DNA of 64,000 bases from a phage: sequence record OZ346205.1. One strand, written 5' to 3'. Every line of letters begins with the position of its first letter. Position 1 is the stretch's first letter. The notes under the pieces were generated by a model. The model was not told the DNA's origin. It ran no database searches and saw nothing but the letters and a program-made list of their open reading frames with translations. The position numbers and the translations under genes are program-made. Of this stretch, positions 26,958 to 35,717 are shown piece after piece.

Positions 26958-27241
26958 CGGTCTCCATCAGGTGGTTGTGGGACGTAAACACTGTTACGAA
27001 TATCGTCCGCAGTATAGTAATAAGTGTCTCCAACCCTATCTCTGGCTGCAATGTACTCTGCTATACCAATAAGTGCCATTGATTTGGTGGCGTATCTTCC
27101 CCACTCGTTAGCTCCCCAGTAGAATTTAGACCAGTAGGGAATAATACCGAACAAATATACCTTTTGACGAACTTCCCAGTAAGTGCCTTTTCCGACAAGT
27201 TTAAACTCTACTTCACTACTGTTAATCTTTTTCATTATCAA
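26954..27241 (-). CDS. hypothetical protein
   Basis: ORF track; coupled stop/start. Confidence 0.5.
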   Translation of the reverse strand: MIMKKINSSEVEFKLVGKGTYWEVRQKVYLFGIIPYWSKFYWGANEWGRYATKSMALIGIAEYIAARDRVGDTYYYTADDIRNSVYVPQPPDGDR

Positions 27242-27534
27242 TCTCCCTCTACCGTGGTCGGATTGTCAGTAAGAAATTGAGCATTGGCTGGAGGCACGCC
27301 TGACATTTTCCACACAACCATAAGTTTGTAACCAGGAACTCTATTAAGTGCAGATCGAGTAGAGTTTGTGCACGTATACTTTCGCTTTCCAAACCCGTTC
27401 TCCATCATAATCCAGTACCCAGTATCTTTGTCACCAGGTATCGGTAGACCACCTTCATCAACCCACTGAATGGACCACGGCACGATGGCTACAGCTTTAT
27501 ATTTAAACTTTTTAAACCACTCAAAAAGTTTCAT
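27238..27534 (-). CDS. hypothetical protein
   Basis: ORF track; GAGGCTGA RBS. Confidence 0.5.
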   Translation of the reverse strand: MKLFEWFKKFKYKAVAIVPWSIQWVDEGGLPIPGDKDTGYWIMMENGFGKRKYTCTNSTRSALNRVPGYKLMVVWKMSGVPPANAQFLTDNPTTVEGD

Positions 27535-27537
27535 AAT

Positions 27538-27627
27538 TCAGCCTCGCATAGACATAATCACTATAAACAGGCAAACAATGAATCCGAATGCCACGCCACC
27601 CATAAACGTTAATATTGATGCAATCAT
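27538..27627 (-). CDS. small hydrophobic peptide (29 aa), candidate
   Basis: GAGGCTGA RBS identical to the neighbour's; fills inter-ORF gap. Confidence 0.3.
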   Translation of the reverse strand: MIASILTFMGGVAFGFIVCLFIVIMSMRG

Positions 27628-27629
27628 AG

Positions 27630-27827
27630 TCAATCAGCCTCGCTTGGCAACTCTTCTACCTTAACATGCCGAAAAGTGTTACCGTAATGGTTGATCCATG
27701 ACATCAGCTCGCTTTCTTGCTCTTCCTCTGGGATGAACTCTCGAATGCTGACAAGTTTTAAGAAAACCCAATCACAATCTGCACCCATTCTACCAGACAG
27801 GCAATAGTGCTTCATAAAACCCCCCAC
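27630..27827 (-). CDS. hypothetical protein
   Basis: ORF track. Confidence 0.45.
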   Translation of the reverse strand: MGGFMKHYCLSGRMGADCDWVFLKLVSIREFIPEEEQESELMSWINHYGNTFRHVKVEELPSEAD

Positions 27828-27832
27828 CTGGT

Positions 27833-28027
27833 TTAGAATATTGCTTCTTCCATTGCACCTGAGAGCAACAAAGAGGTGATCTGGCTAACATTCATCTCAG
27901 ACTCTACTTCCTCCCCTTTGAAAGGTTCGCGGCAGAATAGGACTGTTTCAGGACTTTTACTTCGAACAATATAATACAAATCATTCAATGTGTTGTAGTA
28001 ATAAGTGTTAAAACGTAAGTTTTTCAT
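27833..28027 (-). CDS. hypothetical protein
   Basis: ORF track. Confidence 0.45.
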   Translation of the reverse strand: MKNLRFNTYYYNTLNDLYYIVRSKSPETVLFCREPFKGEEVESEMNVSQITSLLLSGAMEEAIF

Positions 28028-28311
28028 TTTCTAGTCCCCTTCTTAGATTTTTGTGTAGAAACGCTTTCTGCAATACGAGACAAACGTTCTTCTGAAGCCT
28101 TGCCTATTCCAGGTTTTTTGAGTGGGTTATCTTTATGACCACAATCCAATTGGATATTGGATACCTCTCCAACCTTGTAAGTCAATTCTAGCAAAAGGTT
28201 GTCGTCCTTGTCAAATGTTCTTACGATAAATTTTTTATCGTTCTCCTGAACTTCGTATCGGGTACCCGCAGTATACAGCATGGTGCCATCCGCATAGGAT
28301 ATCCAGATCAT
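28024..28311 (-). CDS. hypothetical protein
   Basis: ORF track; coupled to upstream gene. Confidence 0.5.
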   Translation of the reverse strand: MIWISYADGTMLYTAGTRYEVQENDKKFIVRTFDKDDNLLLELTYKVGEVSNIQLDCGHKDNPLKKPGIGKASEERLSRIAESVSTQKSKKGTRK

Positions 28312-28655
28312 TGAACCTCCTTCTGCTGCAACAGCATTAACTCTTTGTTGGAGATTTTTACTGCTGTTTTTATTGTTCCATCTTCACGAAACCACGACCA
28401 GAACTCTACAGTGTCACCACTATCAAGTAAAGCATGCCCATGGTAAAAATCTTTGTCCTTAGACAGTTTCTCATCTATATCTGCATCAACACATTCGTGA
28501 TCCATAGCATTTTGCCTGAACGCATCGGTTATGCCAATGCACGCCTTGCTCTCAAGACTGGTATATCCGATATCTTTTAATTCAGTTTCCCAAGTCCAGT
28601 ACCCTATAAAAGCTAAAACAGCTACCCACAGTAATAACGTTTTAATCTTTGGCAT
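28308..28655 (-). CDS. secreted or membrane-anchored protein
   Basis: N-terminal hydrophobic segment LLLWVAVLAFIGYWTW. Confidence 0.5.
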   Translation of the reverse strand: MPKIKTLLLWVAVLAFIGYWTWETELKDIGYTSLESKACIGITDAFRQNAMDHECVDADIDEKLSKDKDFYHGHALLDSGDTVEFWSWFREDGTIKTAVKISNKELMLLQQKEVQ

Positions 28656-28717
28656 TCTCTCTACCTCTTTCTTAGTTTATTTCACTATGGCACATCCTTT
28701 GTGCCATATCTCAACTA

Positions 28718-29188
28718 CTACTTAAATAGTAGTTCAAAATAGTGCAAAATTAACAGAAGTTGAACTACACCTAGTGCAACGGCGAGTATGTTAATCTTAG
28801 AATCGAAAAACTTCTTAACTTTTACTCTAAAAGGTTCCTTAATGTCCTTTACGATCCTATCTATAGATGACCTCATATCTCTGATTACCATCCTGAACAT
28901 TAAAGACGGATGCTCCCCCATCTCTGTAACGGAATCAAAAACATACTCTCTTCGGTCATAAGGGCCGCCAGCTCTGCGTATTAACCTCTCCACAGAGACT
29001 TCGAACGTCACACCTGTAACGTAATCATCTATAACAAGTCGTGACGGGTCTTTACCTTTACTATCAAGAGGTATCAAAGTTATCTTTCCAGATTTTGTTA
29101 AAATTTCCCCTTTTTCAAGCAAGGTGTACCAATGCTCTCTGCCAAGACTGTTGAGGCACGTTTTTACATATTTAACAAACATCGTCAC
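28718..29188 (-). CDS. hypothetical protein with C-terminal TM segment
   Basis: ORF track; hydrophobic C-terminus; two perfect palindromes in the downstream gap 28660-28715. Confidence 0.5.
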   Translation of the reverse strand: MTMFVKYVKTCLNSLGREHWYTLLEKGEILTKSGKITLIPLDSKGKDPSRLVIDDYVTGVTFEVSVERLIRRAGGPYDRREYVFDSVTEMGEHPSLMFRMVIRDMRSSIDRIVKDIKEPFRVKVKKFFDSKINILAVALGVVQLLLILHYFELLFK

Positions 29189-29370
29189 CCCTCATCGCAC
29201 GTCTGATATAACCACTCTATAAAATCTTGATACCATTCGCCCTCTGAGCGCTCCGTAGGCCAATAATCTTCACCCTCTCGTGCATTAAAATCTGAGTATT
29301 CAACTTTCCACTCCTTTACCAGCTCGTGGAGAAGGTTTTCAGCCTGCTCTAAAGATTTATTTTTTACCAT
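29185..29370 (-). CDS. hypothetical protein
   Basis: ORF 29185..29388; start moved to second ATG after AAAAAGGAGA. Confidence 0.45.
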   Translation of the reverse strand: MVKNKSLEQAENLLHELVKEWKVEYSDFNAREGEDYWPTERSEGEWYQDFIEWLYQTCDEG

Positions 29371-29589
29371 TGCTGTCTCCTTTTTCAAGATAGTTATACA
29401 TCAGAACTGCACCACCTAAGATGGCTACCAGTAACAATACCCCAGATAGCATCTCAATAAACATGGCTTGAAACACTGGAAGGCCTCCCTAAATTAACGC
29501 ACCATTTTAAATACATGCTCTTTTCCCATAAAGGTGCCTGGCTAAGATCTGCGTAGAACGCAATCTCTTTAAGAACAGTATAAACAGTT

Positions 29590-29826
29590 TTAGGTGCGGT
29601 CTCCATCCCTACCCTCCTTTTTCTCCTTCCTGATATTCTTGTAGTAATCAACTAGGCACATTATTACGATGAAGATAACAACAGGCCAAAAAGGTGCAGC
29701 AGTGATGATGGTGATAAAATCATCAAACTTCACCCTTCGTCTGGACACGATGCATACACCTGTCAAGAATACCGCTGTTATAACGGACATTACCAGGTAA
29801 CCTATTAGCACAACATTTATACTCAT
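29590..29826 (-). CDS. small membrane protein (2 TM, charged C-terminus; holin-like topology)
   Basis: Two hydrophobic helices then KNIRKEKKEGRDGDRT. Confidence 0.45.
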   Translation of the reverse strand: MSINVVLIGYLVMSVITAVFLTGVCIVSRRRVKFDDFITIITAAPFWPVVIFIVIMCLVDYYKNIRKEKKEGRDGDRT

Positions 29827-29856
29827 TGGTCCTCCCTTTGTAGGTTAAATTGTATA

Positions 29857-30390
29857 CTACAAATGGTCGCTGAGGGTGTCAAGAAAATTATCCCGTTCTT
29901 TCTCAGAGTTTTCATGTGTGTAGCTGAAAAACATATCGAGAATAACCTTATTGATATATTCCAGCTCCTCTGTGTTCAGATGCTTAGCAGGATCTACAAT
30001 GACATCCCAAATATCATACAGACCACACTCATGATACCCATAACGCCACTCAATTGTCAAGCTGAGCGGCAAATCTTTACCTTCACAAACAACCTTCCAT
30101 CTACATATGTTGGTATCTGGTCGTACCTGTGCACGGTACACCTGCACAAAATCCAATTTGAATTTGAGGTACTCGTCATACAATTTAAGCACAAAGCTCT
30201 CGATTTGTGGAGACACTTTTGCAGCAAACTGTGCGTATTTGTACTTGCACTGGATGATCTTTCTGCGTTTTGCAGTTAAATTTTTTGCCGCCAGTTGTTC
30301 TTCAGTGTATCTCCACCTACGATCAACAAACGCAACAGGGTCTTTGTCCCCATAGAGGTCTTCCCAGTTAATCAGAAGCATACCTGTCAC
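29857..30390 (-). CDS. hypothetical protein
   Basis: ORF track, 177 aa. Confidence 0.5.
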   Translation of the reverse strand: MTGMLLINWEDLYGDKDPVAFVDRRWRYTEEQLAAKNLTAKRRKIIQCKYKYAQFAAKVSPQIESFVLKLYDEYLKFKLDFVQVYRAQVRPDTNICRWKVVCEGKDLPLSLTIEWRYGYHECGLYDIWDVIVDPAKHLNTEELEYINKVILDMFFSYTHENSEKERDNFLDTLSDHL

Positions 30391-30620
30391 TCCTCCACAA
30401 CTTCAAGGCCTTTACCGCCTCGCTCTGGCAGATTACTTAAAGATAGGTAATACATATAATCAGGAGAGATCCTGCCAGACTCTGCACCTGCAGCTAGTAA
30501 ATCCTTCCCTTTAACCAGGACAACATTCTCGTTTGCAGATAGCCGTTTTGCTTCCACAATTTTACCAACACAGTCAACCAAGGAAGGGTACCCTAAATCT
30601 GTAAGAAATTTAACTTTCAT
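30387..30620 (-). CDS. hypothetical protein (MKVK..L paralogue)
   Basis: MKVKFLTD...DLLAAGA...VVEE. Confidence 0.5.
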   Translation of the reverse strand: MKVKFLTDLGYPSLVDCVGKIVEAKRLSANENVVLVKGKDLLAAGAESGRISPDYMYYLSLSNLPERGGKGLEVVEE

Positions 30621-30657
30621 GCTACCTCCTACCTACCGTCCCTGGTAAGATAAATTA

Positions 30658-31056
30658 TTACTGAACAGAGCGCGGTGCTGGGAAGGATAACTCTTCTAAA
30701 GAGAAGATTTCATTTCCTACCACCCAAGTTGCTGGGTCATCTGGATCAACAGGTTGGATAATCATTACCTCATCCGCCTCGCACACACGTTTCCCACCCA
30801 TAGTAGCGTCAGCCACTAACATACGCGGCTCTTCAGAAATGCACAGGTAGCCACCTCGGCCCACTGTTCCTTCCACGGGATCCTGCCCTTTGACCACAAT
30901 GAATACCTTCTCTCCTGTGGAGATATTACTTTTCACACTAACAGTTTGACCAACTTTAGATGTACCGATCTTGGTGGCTTCAAACATTAAATCCCGAATT
31001 ACTGTTGCATAGTTGCCGGACACTTTCTTACCTTCTTTAGTAATCTCAATCTTCAT
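30658..31056 (-). CDS. hypothetical protein
   Basis: ORF track. Confidence 0.5.
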   Translation of the reverse strand: MKIEITKEGKKVSGNYATVIRDLMFEATKIGTSKVGQTVSVKSNISTGEKVFIVVKGQDPVEGTVGRGGYLCISEEPRMLVADATMGGKRVCEADEVMIIQPVDPDDPATWVVGNEIFSLEELSFPAPRSVQ

Positions 31057-31328
31057 AATCTAGGCTCCTTAAATGAATCTATGTAATCAATTAAATCCCA
31101 AGCATCGCGATGGGCTGTCAGAGGGTATACTTCTCCGAGAGGGATCATAGCAATAAGTCTATCAAAAACCCAGTCTGGACGCAACATTTTATGGTGATAT
31201 TCCCACTCACCTTCCACAGATTTTTTCTGAGTGATCAGGATCTCTGTGTAGTGTTTCGCCTGTCTTGAGTAGATTGAAAATGACTTGTACATAAATGACC
31301 CCCTCTTGTTGAAAACAACAATACACAA
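31053..31328 (-). CDS. hypothetical protein
   Basis: ORF track. Confidence 0.5.
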   Translation of the reverse strand: MCIVVFNKRGSFMYKSFSIYSRQAKHYTEILITQKKSVEGEWEYHHKMLRPDWVFDRLIAMIPLGEVYPLTAHRDAWDLIDYIDSFKEPRL

Positions 31329-31613
31329 CTACCAGGTTACTGTCAAGTAGGCAACCGTATTATTTTTCTCTGGGGAGATGCCAACAACATCTACCTGCAG
31401 ACCTCCTGCCCTTAAATCTCCAACAATGTGCGGGAAGTAATCTGAGAGATGCGAGGGTAGATTTATCGAAAATCCGCACCCCAGAAAGCCTGCTAACGCT
31501 TTATTTTGTATCTCCCCTACAATCGCATCATAAATGGAGTTAAGCTCGTCAGGGAGTGTTACAGGGCGTTTTAGCGCTAGCTGGTGTAATTTGTCCTTAG
31601 CACTCATTTTCAT
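31329..31613 (-). CDS. hypothetical protein
   Basis: ORF 31329..31643; start moved to ATG 31613 (ATGA overlap with upstream stop, GAGGT RBS). Confidence 0.45.
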   Translation of the reverse strand: MKMSAKDKLHQLALKRPVTLPDELNSIYDAIVGEIQNKALAGFLGCGFSINLPSHLSDYFPHIVGDLRAGGLQVDVVGISPEKNNTVAYLTVTW

Positions 31614-32143
31614 TTCAGGTCTACCTCTGGGGGTGCCAACCACATAAACGGCGGCAAGTCTAAACGGTTTTTCTTATCCCACACAAAATATGCATATGCT
31701 TGCCCGTCAGTTCTGCCGTTTGATTGAAATGATGGACGCTTAGATATTGTGATCACAGTAGTAGGTGCATTATCAAGCCACCATTCAAATCTGGCTTTGC
31801 TTTCCAGAAAATTAAGACGCAAAAGCATAATAACTACGTCAGCATCTTTCAACGCCTTGTCTACAAACTCACGAGCCAGGCTGTATGGTGGGTTGGTGAT
31901 AATACAGTCAACATGGTTGTATTCTGTATTCAGATAGTCAACACCTTCTTGTATTTCTCCCCATGCAGATCCTAACGGCATACGGGAGTAGAACACACCT
32001 GAGGCACTATTCCTGCAAGGCTCTAAGTAGGTCCAGTCTTCTGGGAACGGAATAAGGTCATACAGCCCTTCTGCACACCACTCCGGTGTCACATACTCAT
32101 CGTAGGCGTTACGTTGTTCATCAGGTTTTCTAGCACAAGTCAT
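31610..32143 (-). CDS. DNA methyltransferase, small phage Dam-like (NPPY)
   Basis: DCIITNPPY catalytic motif in a 177-aa protein. Confidence 0.5.
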   Translation of the reverse strand: MTCARKPDEQRNAYDEYVTPEWCAEGLYDLIPFPEDWTYLEPCRNSASGVFYSRMPLGSAWGEIQEGVDYLNTEYNHVDCIITNPPYSLAREFVDKALKDADVVIMLLRLNFLESKARFEWWLDNAPTTVITISKRPSFQSNGRTDGQAYAYFVWDKKNRLDLPPFMWLAPPEVDLK

Positions 32144-32194
32144 GCAAATCTCCAGATCATAAAAGCCCTCCGAAGAGGGCTTTAGAATTAATGT

Positions 32195-33244
32195 TTAAGC
32201 TTCTTCGACAATTCCTGCACCCAGGATTTTTTCATTGAGCTCTTTTGCTGTTTTAATAATATTGTCCACCAGACGCTTGCGAGTCTTATCTTTCACCTTA
32301 ACCTCTTCACCGCCGTTCAGAGTAGTCTTCAATTGAGACAGAATATCCTGAAGTTCAACGACAGAGAATCTCTGCAGATCTTCTGAAGTAATCTCACTCA
32401 GGGCAATTCTGACGGTCTCGCCACTTTCCATCTGCAGATTCAGGAACACAGTGTGAACATCACCTTTCGAACCACCCGCTTTTGCAGATTCAACAGCATG
32501 AACTAACTCATCTAAAGATGTGCACTGGTGAATCTCCGGAAGACCTGCTTCACCTAACACGCCTTCTTCATCACCTTTTGCCAGAAGCTTTTTCGGTTTT
32601 TGTCCGTTCTGGATGCGTTGTATGTTGCCTTCATCCAGAATAATAGCTCCAGTGCGTGCTGCCAGCTCTTCTCCGTCCAACCACACTTCGCCACCAGCTG
32701 TGATGGATGCGATCTCATCTTCTGTCAGCACCCCACCGTAGTATTTTTCGATCAGGCGTTCAAAACGTTTTTTCCAGTAGCTGACCTGAGTATTCATGTT
32801 CACACCGTTACCATAAGTGCCACCTTGATAGTAGTGGAACATAAACTCTGTGTCCGGAGCCACAGTACGTTCTTTACAACCAAGCCATAAGATTGTTCCA
32901 GCAGAGCAGCACATCCCTTCAGCATGTGCAACAACGCTTGCCTGAGACTCTCGGAATGCCTGCAGATAAGCCATTGCAATGTGCACGCAACCCCCAGGGC
33001 TATTGATGATCACCCGAATGCTTTCTTCCGGCTGAGCCATACGGATCGTCTGCAGACGAGACATATGATCTTGTAAGTCTTCCAAATCGTCGATATAAAG
33101 AACGTGGTCAACAACAGGTGTTGGGTAGCTGTATGTTTCCATGATACCGCCCGGCATACCAAACATTTTATTACTCATAGGTTCGAAACCGTTCTGTTTT
33201 TCTTTCATGCCGTGCACCATGGTTCTGCGAGGTGTTAAATTCAT
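32195..33244 (-). CDS. ClpP-like serine peptidase (S14 family) with C-terminal extension
   Basis: INSPGG and GMCCSAG (Ser) motifs, FHYYQGG His region. Confidence 0.6.
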   Translation of the reverse strand: MNLTPRRTMVHGMKEKQNGFEPMSNKMFGMPGGIMETYSYPTPVVDHVLYIDDLEDLQDHMSRLQTIRMAQPEESIRVIINSPGGCVHIAMAYLQAFRESQASVVAHAEGMCCSAGTILWLGCKERTVAPDTEFMFHYYQGGTYGNGVNMNTQVSYWKKRFERLIEKYYGGVLTEDEIASITAGGEVWLDGEELAARTGAIILDEGNIQRIQNGQKPKKLLAKGDEEGVLGEAGLPEIHQCTSLDELVHAVESAKAGGSKGDVHTVFLNLQMESGETVRIALSEITSEDLQRFSVVELQDILSQLKTTLNGGEEVKVKDKTRKRLVDNIIKTAKELNEKILGAGIVEEA

Positions 33245-33304
33245 GAGAAATCCTTAATATTGGAAGTTGAAAGCTATTTATTTAAACCTGATTCACATTT
33301 ACCT

Positions 33305-33616
33305 TTATTTAGCAATCACTATGGAATACTTACGATTGTCAGAAGCATCACAACTCAATGATTGCCAGTCTACCACATACCACGTATCATTGTCAACAAT
33401 TACTTTATCGCCTGTTCTGTAGCAAGTGCTGCTTTCAATAATTCGAGACTCGATAAAGAATCTGTGTCGGCGCTCACGTAGCAACGCTAAGTTAATTATA
33501 TTACCACCGCTGTCCTTGGTCCACACATTCTTGGATCCCTTATTTGCCAAAATTGTCTCGCCGTTATAGACAAACAGGCAGTATATTTTATTCAGTTTCT
33601 CTTGTATTGTAGCCAT
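33305..33616 (-). CDS. hypothetical protein
   Basis: ORF track. Confidence 0.5.
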   Translation of the reverse strand: MATIQEKLNKIYCLFVYNGETILANKGSKNVWTKDSGGNIINLALLRERRHRFFIESRIIESSTCYRTGDKVIVDNDTWYVVDWQSLSCDASDNRKYSIVIAK

Positions 33617-33717
33617 ACTGTCCTTCTCTCTGTTTTGTCCGATAATAATATCTAAAGCTTACCTATTTGTCAACAACTGTTTTAGATATTTAAGGGTGGA
33701 ATAACCACCCTTCTGTA

Positions 33718-34506
33718 TTACTCGGAAACAGGGGTCCAAATATGATTTGCACGATCCTCAATAAGATTGAGTGCGATCTGACGACCCAACCCAGAACGAA
33801 CGACATCGTCTGGACTATCAAAGCTGATCATTCCAACCTCAGGATCTGGATGACGAGTAAAGAAATCCGTCACCCATGCAAGGCCAGATTTACCAGGGAT
33901 GTCACGTTGGCTATTATCACCCATAATTACAAGGGTGGCTTGATCAGAGATCCTTGTGATAATTGACAACATTTCTTCAGGGTTAGTTTGCTGTGCCTCG
34001 TCAATCAGGACAAAGCATCGCTCATCGAAACTACGACCACGAATGCTTTCAACTTCACAAATCTCGATACGGCTGTTCTGACCGTCTCCCAGCATTGCGG
34101 CAAAAGCACCTTTGCCAACACGACGACAAATCGTGTCCATCATGCTTCGAAGATAGGGCCACAGTTTCTGCATTGCATTTCCAGGTTTAAATCCTGAAGT
34201 CTTTCCTGTCTGAACGTAAGGACGTGCAACAATAATCTTATCAATCTCGTTCTTACGCAGAAGATCACCTGCATATGCAGATGCCATGAATGTCTTACCG
34301 GATCCAAACACACCGTTTACAATAATAATCTTACGTGACCCTAGATAATCAAGATACTTTTGCTGCTTCTTATTCATTGGTCGGAGAGCTGGAGCGGTGT
34401 GCTCTCTTTCGTCAGCAAATTTCTCAGCAGCCTTACGCAGGCGATCAGATTTGCGAGCCTCTCTAGCTTCATCACGCATGCGTTTTGTTTCTTTAGCTCG
34501 ACCCAT
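33718..34506 (-). CDS. phoH: PhoH-like ATPase
   Basis: Walker A GVFGSGKT; Walker B FVLIDEAQ; PhoH-type architecture. Confidence 0.75.
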   Translation of the reverse strand: MGRAKETKRMRDEAREARKSDRLRKAAEKFADEREHTAPALRPMNKKQQKYLDYLGSRKIIIVNGVFGSGKTFMASAYAGDLLRKNEIDKIIVARPYVQTGKTSGFKPGNAMQKLWPYLRSMMDTICRRVGKGAFAAMLGDGQNSRIEICEVESIRGRSFDERCFVLIDEAQQTNPEEMLSIITRISDQATLVIMGDNSQRDIPGKSGLAWVTDFFTRHPDPEVGMISFDSPDDVVRSGLGRQIALNLIEDRANHIWTPVSE

Positions 34507-34544
34507 GTTGGGACTCCTTTCAGATTGAGATGTGCCAAGTACTT

Positions 34545-34895
34545 TTACTGCAACAGTTTTTCAATAGCCGCTTCCATGCTGCTTGCAACAGCCTGAACTC
34601 GGATATTCATCTCTTCTTGGTGGATCAGCTCCTTAAGCTCTTTAATGGTAAATTCTTTAGAGAAACCTTCCACCATAATCTTGTGCAAGGCTTCTTGCGT
34701 GTCTACTTGCAAGAACTTTTCCAGTTTGTTGGCAGAGGCTTCTAAATCAGCCCGAATACGAGGGTCATCTGTGCGATTCAGCATTAGGCGTAAGCCATCA
34801 AGATTAGTAGAAATAGCATCTGCATGTTGAGTAACTAACCGTGGCAAAATGAGATCTACAAACTTATTAGCCAAATCGATACGTTCTTGTGTCAC
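34545..34895 (-). CDS. hypothetical protein
   Basis: GTG start overlapping upstream small ORF stop. Confidence 0.5.
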   Translation of the reverse strand: MTQERIDLANKFVDLILPRLVTQHADAISTNLDGLRLMLNRTDDPRIRADLEASANKLEKFLQVDTQEALHKIMVEGFSKEFTIKELKELIHQEEMNIRVQAVASSMEAAIEKLLQ

Positions 34896-35005
34896 TGTTG
34901 CACCCCCTCTTCATCTTCATGATGTTTCTTTTCACGCTTGTGTTTTTTCTTAAGCTCAAGCGCAATCTCTTTCTTGTACGCCTTCTTCAAGGCTTTTTTA
35001 GCCAT
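34892..35005 (-). CDS. small lysine-rich protein (37 aa), candidate
   Basis: GAGGAGGTG RBS; own promoter; GTGA overlap with next gene. Confidence 0.4.
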   Translation of the reverse strand: MAKKALKKAYKKEIALELKKKHKREKKHHEDEEGVQQ

Positions 35006-35034
35006 TTGGCACCTCCTCTGCTTTCATTACGGCA

Positions 35035-35064
35035 ATTATAACCAACTCAACAAAGCTTTGTCAA
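35035..35064 (-). promoter_or_regulatory. sigma70-like promoter
   Basis: - strand TTGACA - 18 nt - TATAAT. Confidence 0.5.
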
Positions 35065-35067
35065 CAA

Positions 35068-35541
35068 CTAGTCTACCTGAACCCAACCGCCTGATACTTT
35101 TTTAAACATTCTTTGGTTATCACTGCCTCGGAACGGTTTCTTGGTTGGTAAATCTTTTACATACTTACCGTCAATGATGATATCAGCCAGTTTAAGAACA
35201 TCACTAGAGATATGGTCAAATGTGAACCCAGTATATACAAGAATAGTTTTCTTGTCACCAAATTTTTCCTTAATTTTCTCCATCAGGCTAATAATATCTG
35301 GCTCATTATAGTATGCTAAGGGTTCTCCACCCAGTAGAGAGATACCGCACACAGACGGGTTATCTAAATCTGACAAGATTTTTTGCAAGTCTTCTTCAGT
35401 GAACTTCCTCCCCTTATCTTTTGACCAAAATGCCTGATTAAAGCAACCAGGGCAATCGTGTGGGCACCCAGATACCCACAAGGCAGTTCTAATACCTGGT
35501 CCTTCGGTGTAAGATATTTCTGTGTATCCAGCAATGTTCAT
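35068..35541 (-). CDS. nrdG: anaerobic ribonucleotide reductase activating protein (radical SAM)
   Basis: CPHDCPGC radical-SAM cluster motif; adjacent to nrdD. Confidence 0.8.
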   Translation of the reverse strand: MNIAGYTEISYTEGPGIRTALWVSGCPHDCPGCFNQAFWSKDKGRKFTEEDLQKILSDLDNPSVCGISLLGGEPLAYYNEPDIISLMEKIKEKFGDKKTILVYTGFTFDHISSDVLKLADIIIDGKYVKDLPTKKPFRGSDNQRMFKKVSGGWVQVD

Positions 35542-35654
35542 AGATACTCCGCATCACATTTAGGGCAATGCCAAATAAAATCGTCTAGTGCCTTGCACCA
35601 ACGAAGATTACAACTACAGCCGCACTTGCAAATTTTATAAATACCTGATGACAT
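35538..35654 (-). CDS. small cysteine-rich protein (38 aa, 8 Cys), candidate
   Basis: AGGAGGTG RBS; ATGA overlap with nrdG start; CKCGCSC ... CPKC. Confidence 0.45.
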   Translation of the reverse strand: MSSGIYKICKCGCSCNLRWCKALDDFIWHCPKCDAEYL

Positions 35655-35717
35655 ACTGCACCTCCTAGCTCACTGTGTGTCAATAATATGCCACATCCTT
35701 GTGGCTTTTGTCAAGAA

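Noticed and set aside
29454-29651. 65-aa - strand ORF overlapping the 3' end of membrane protein gene 29590..29826
   Set aside because: Overlaps the neighbouring gene in another frame by 60 nt and lacks a convincing RBS; an alternative 35-aa ORF starting at 29464 is equally weak
35683-35714. Promoter-like TTGACA/TATTAT upstream of the Cys-rich ORF
   Set aside because: Spacer is 20 nt, too long for a confident sigma70 promoter call
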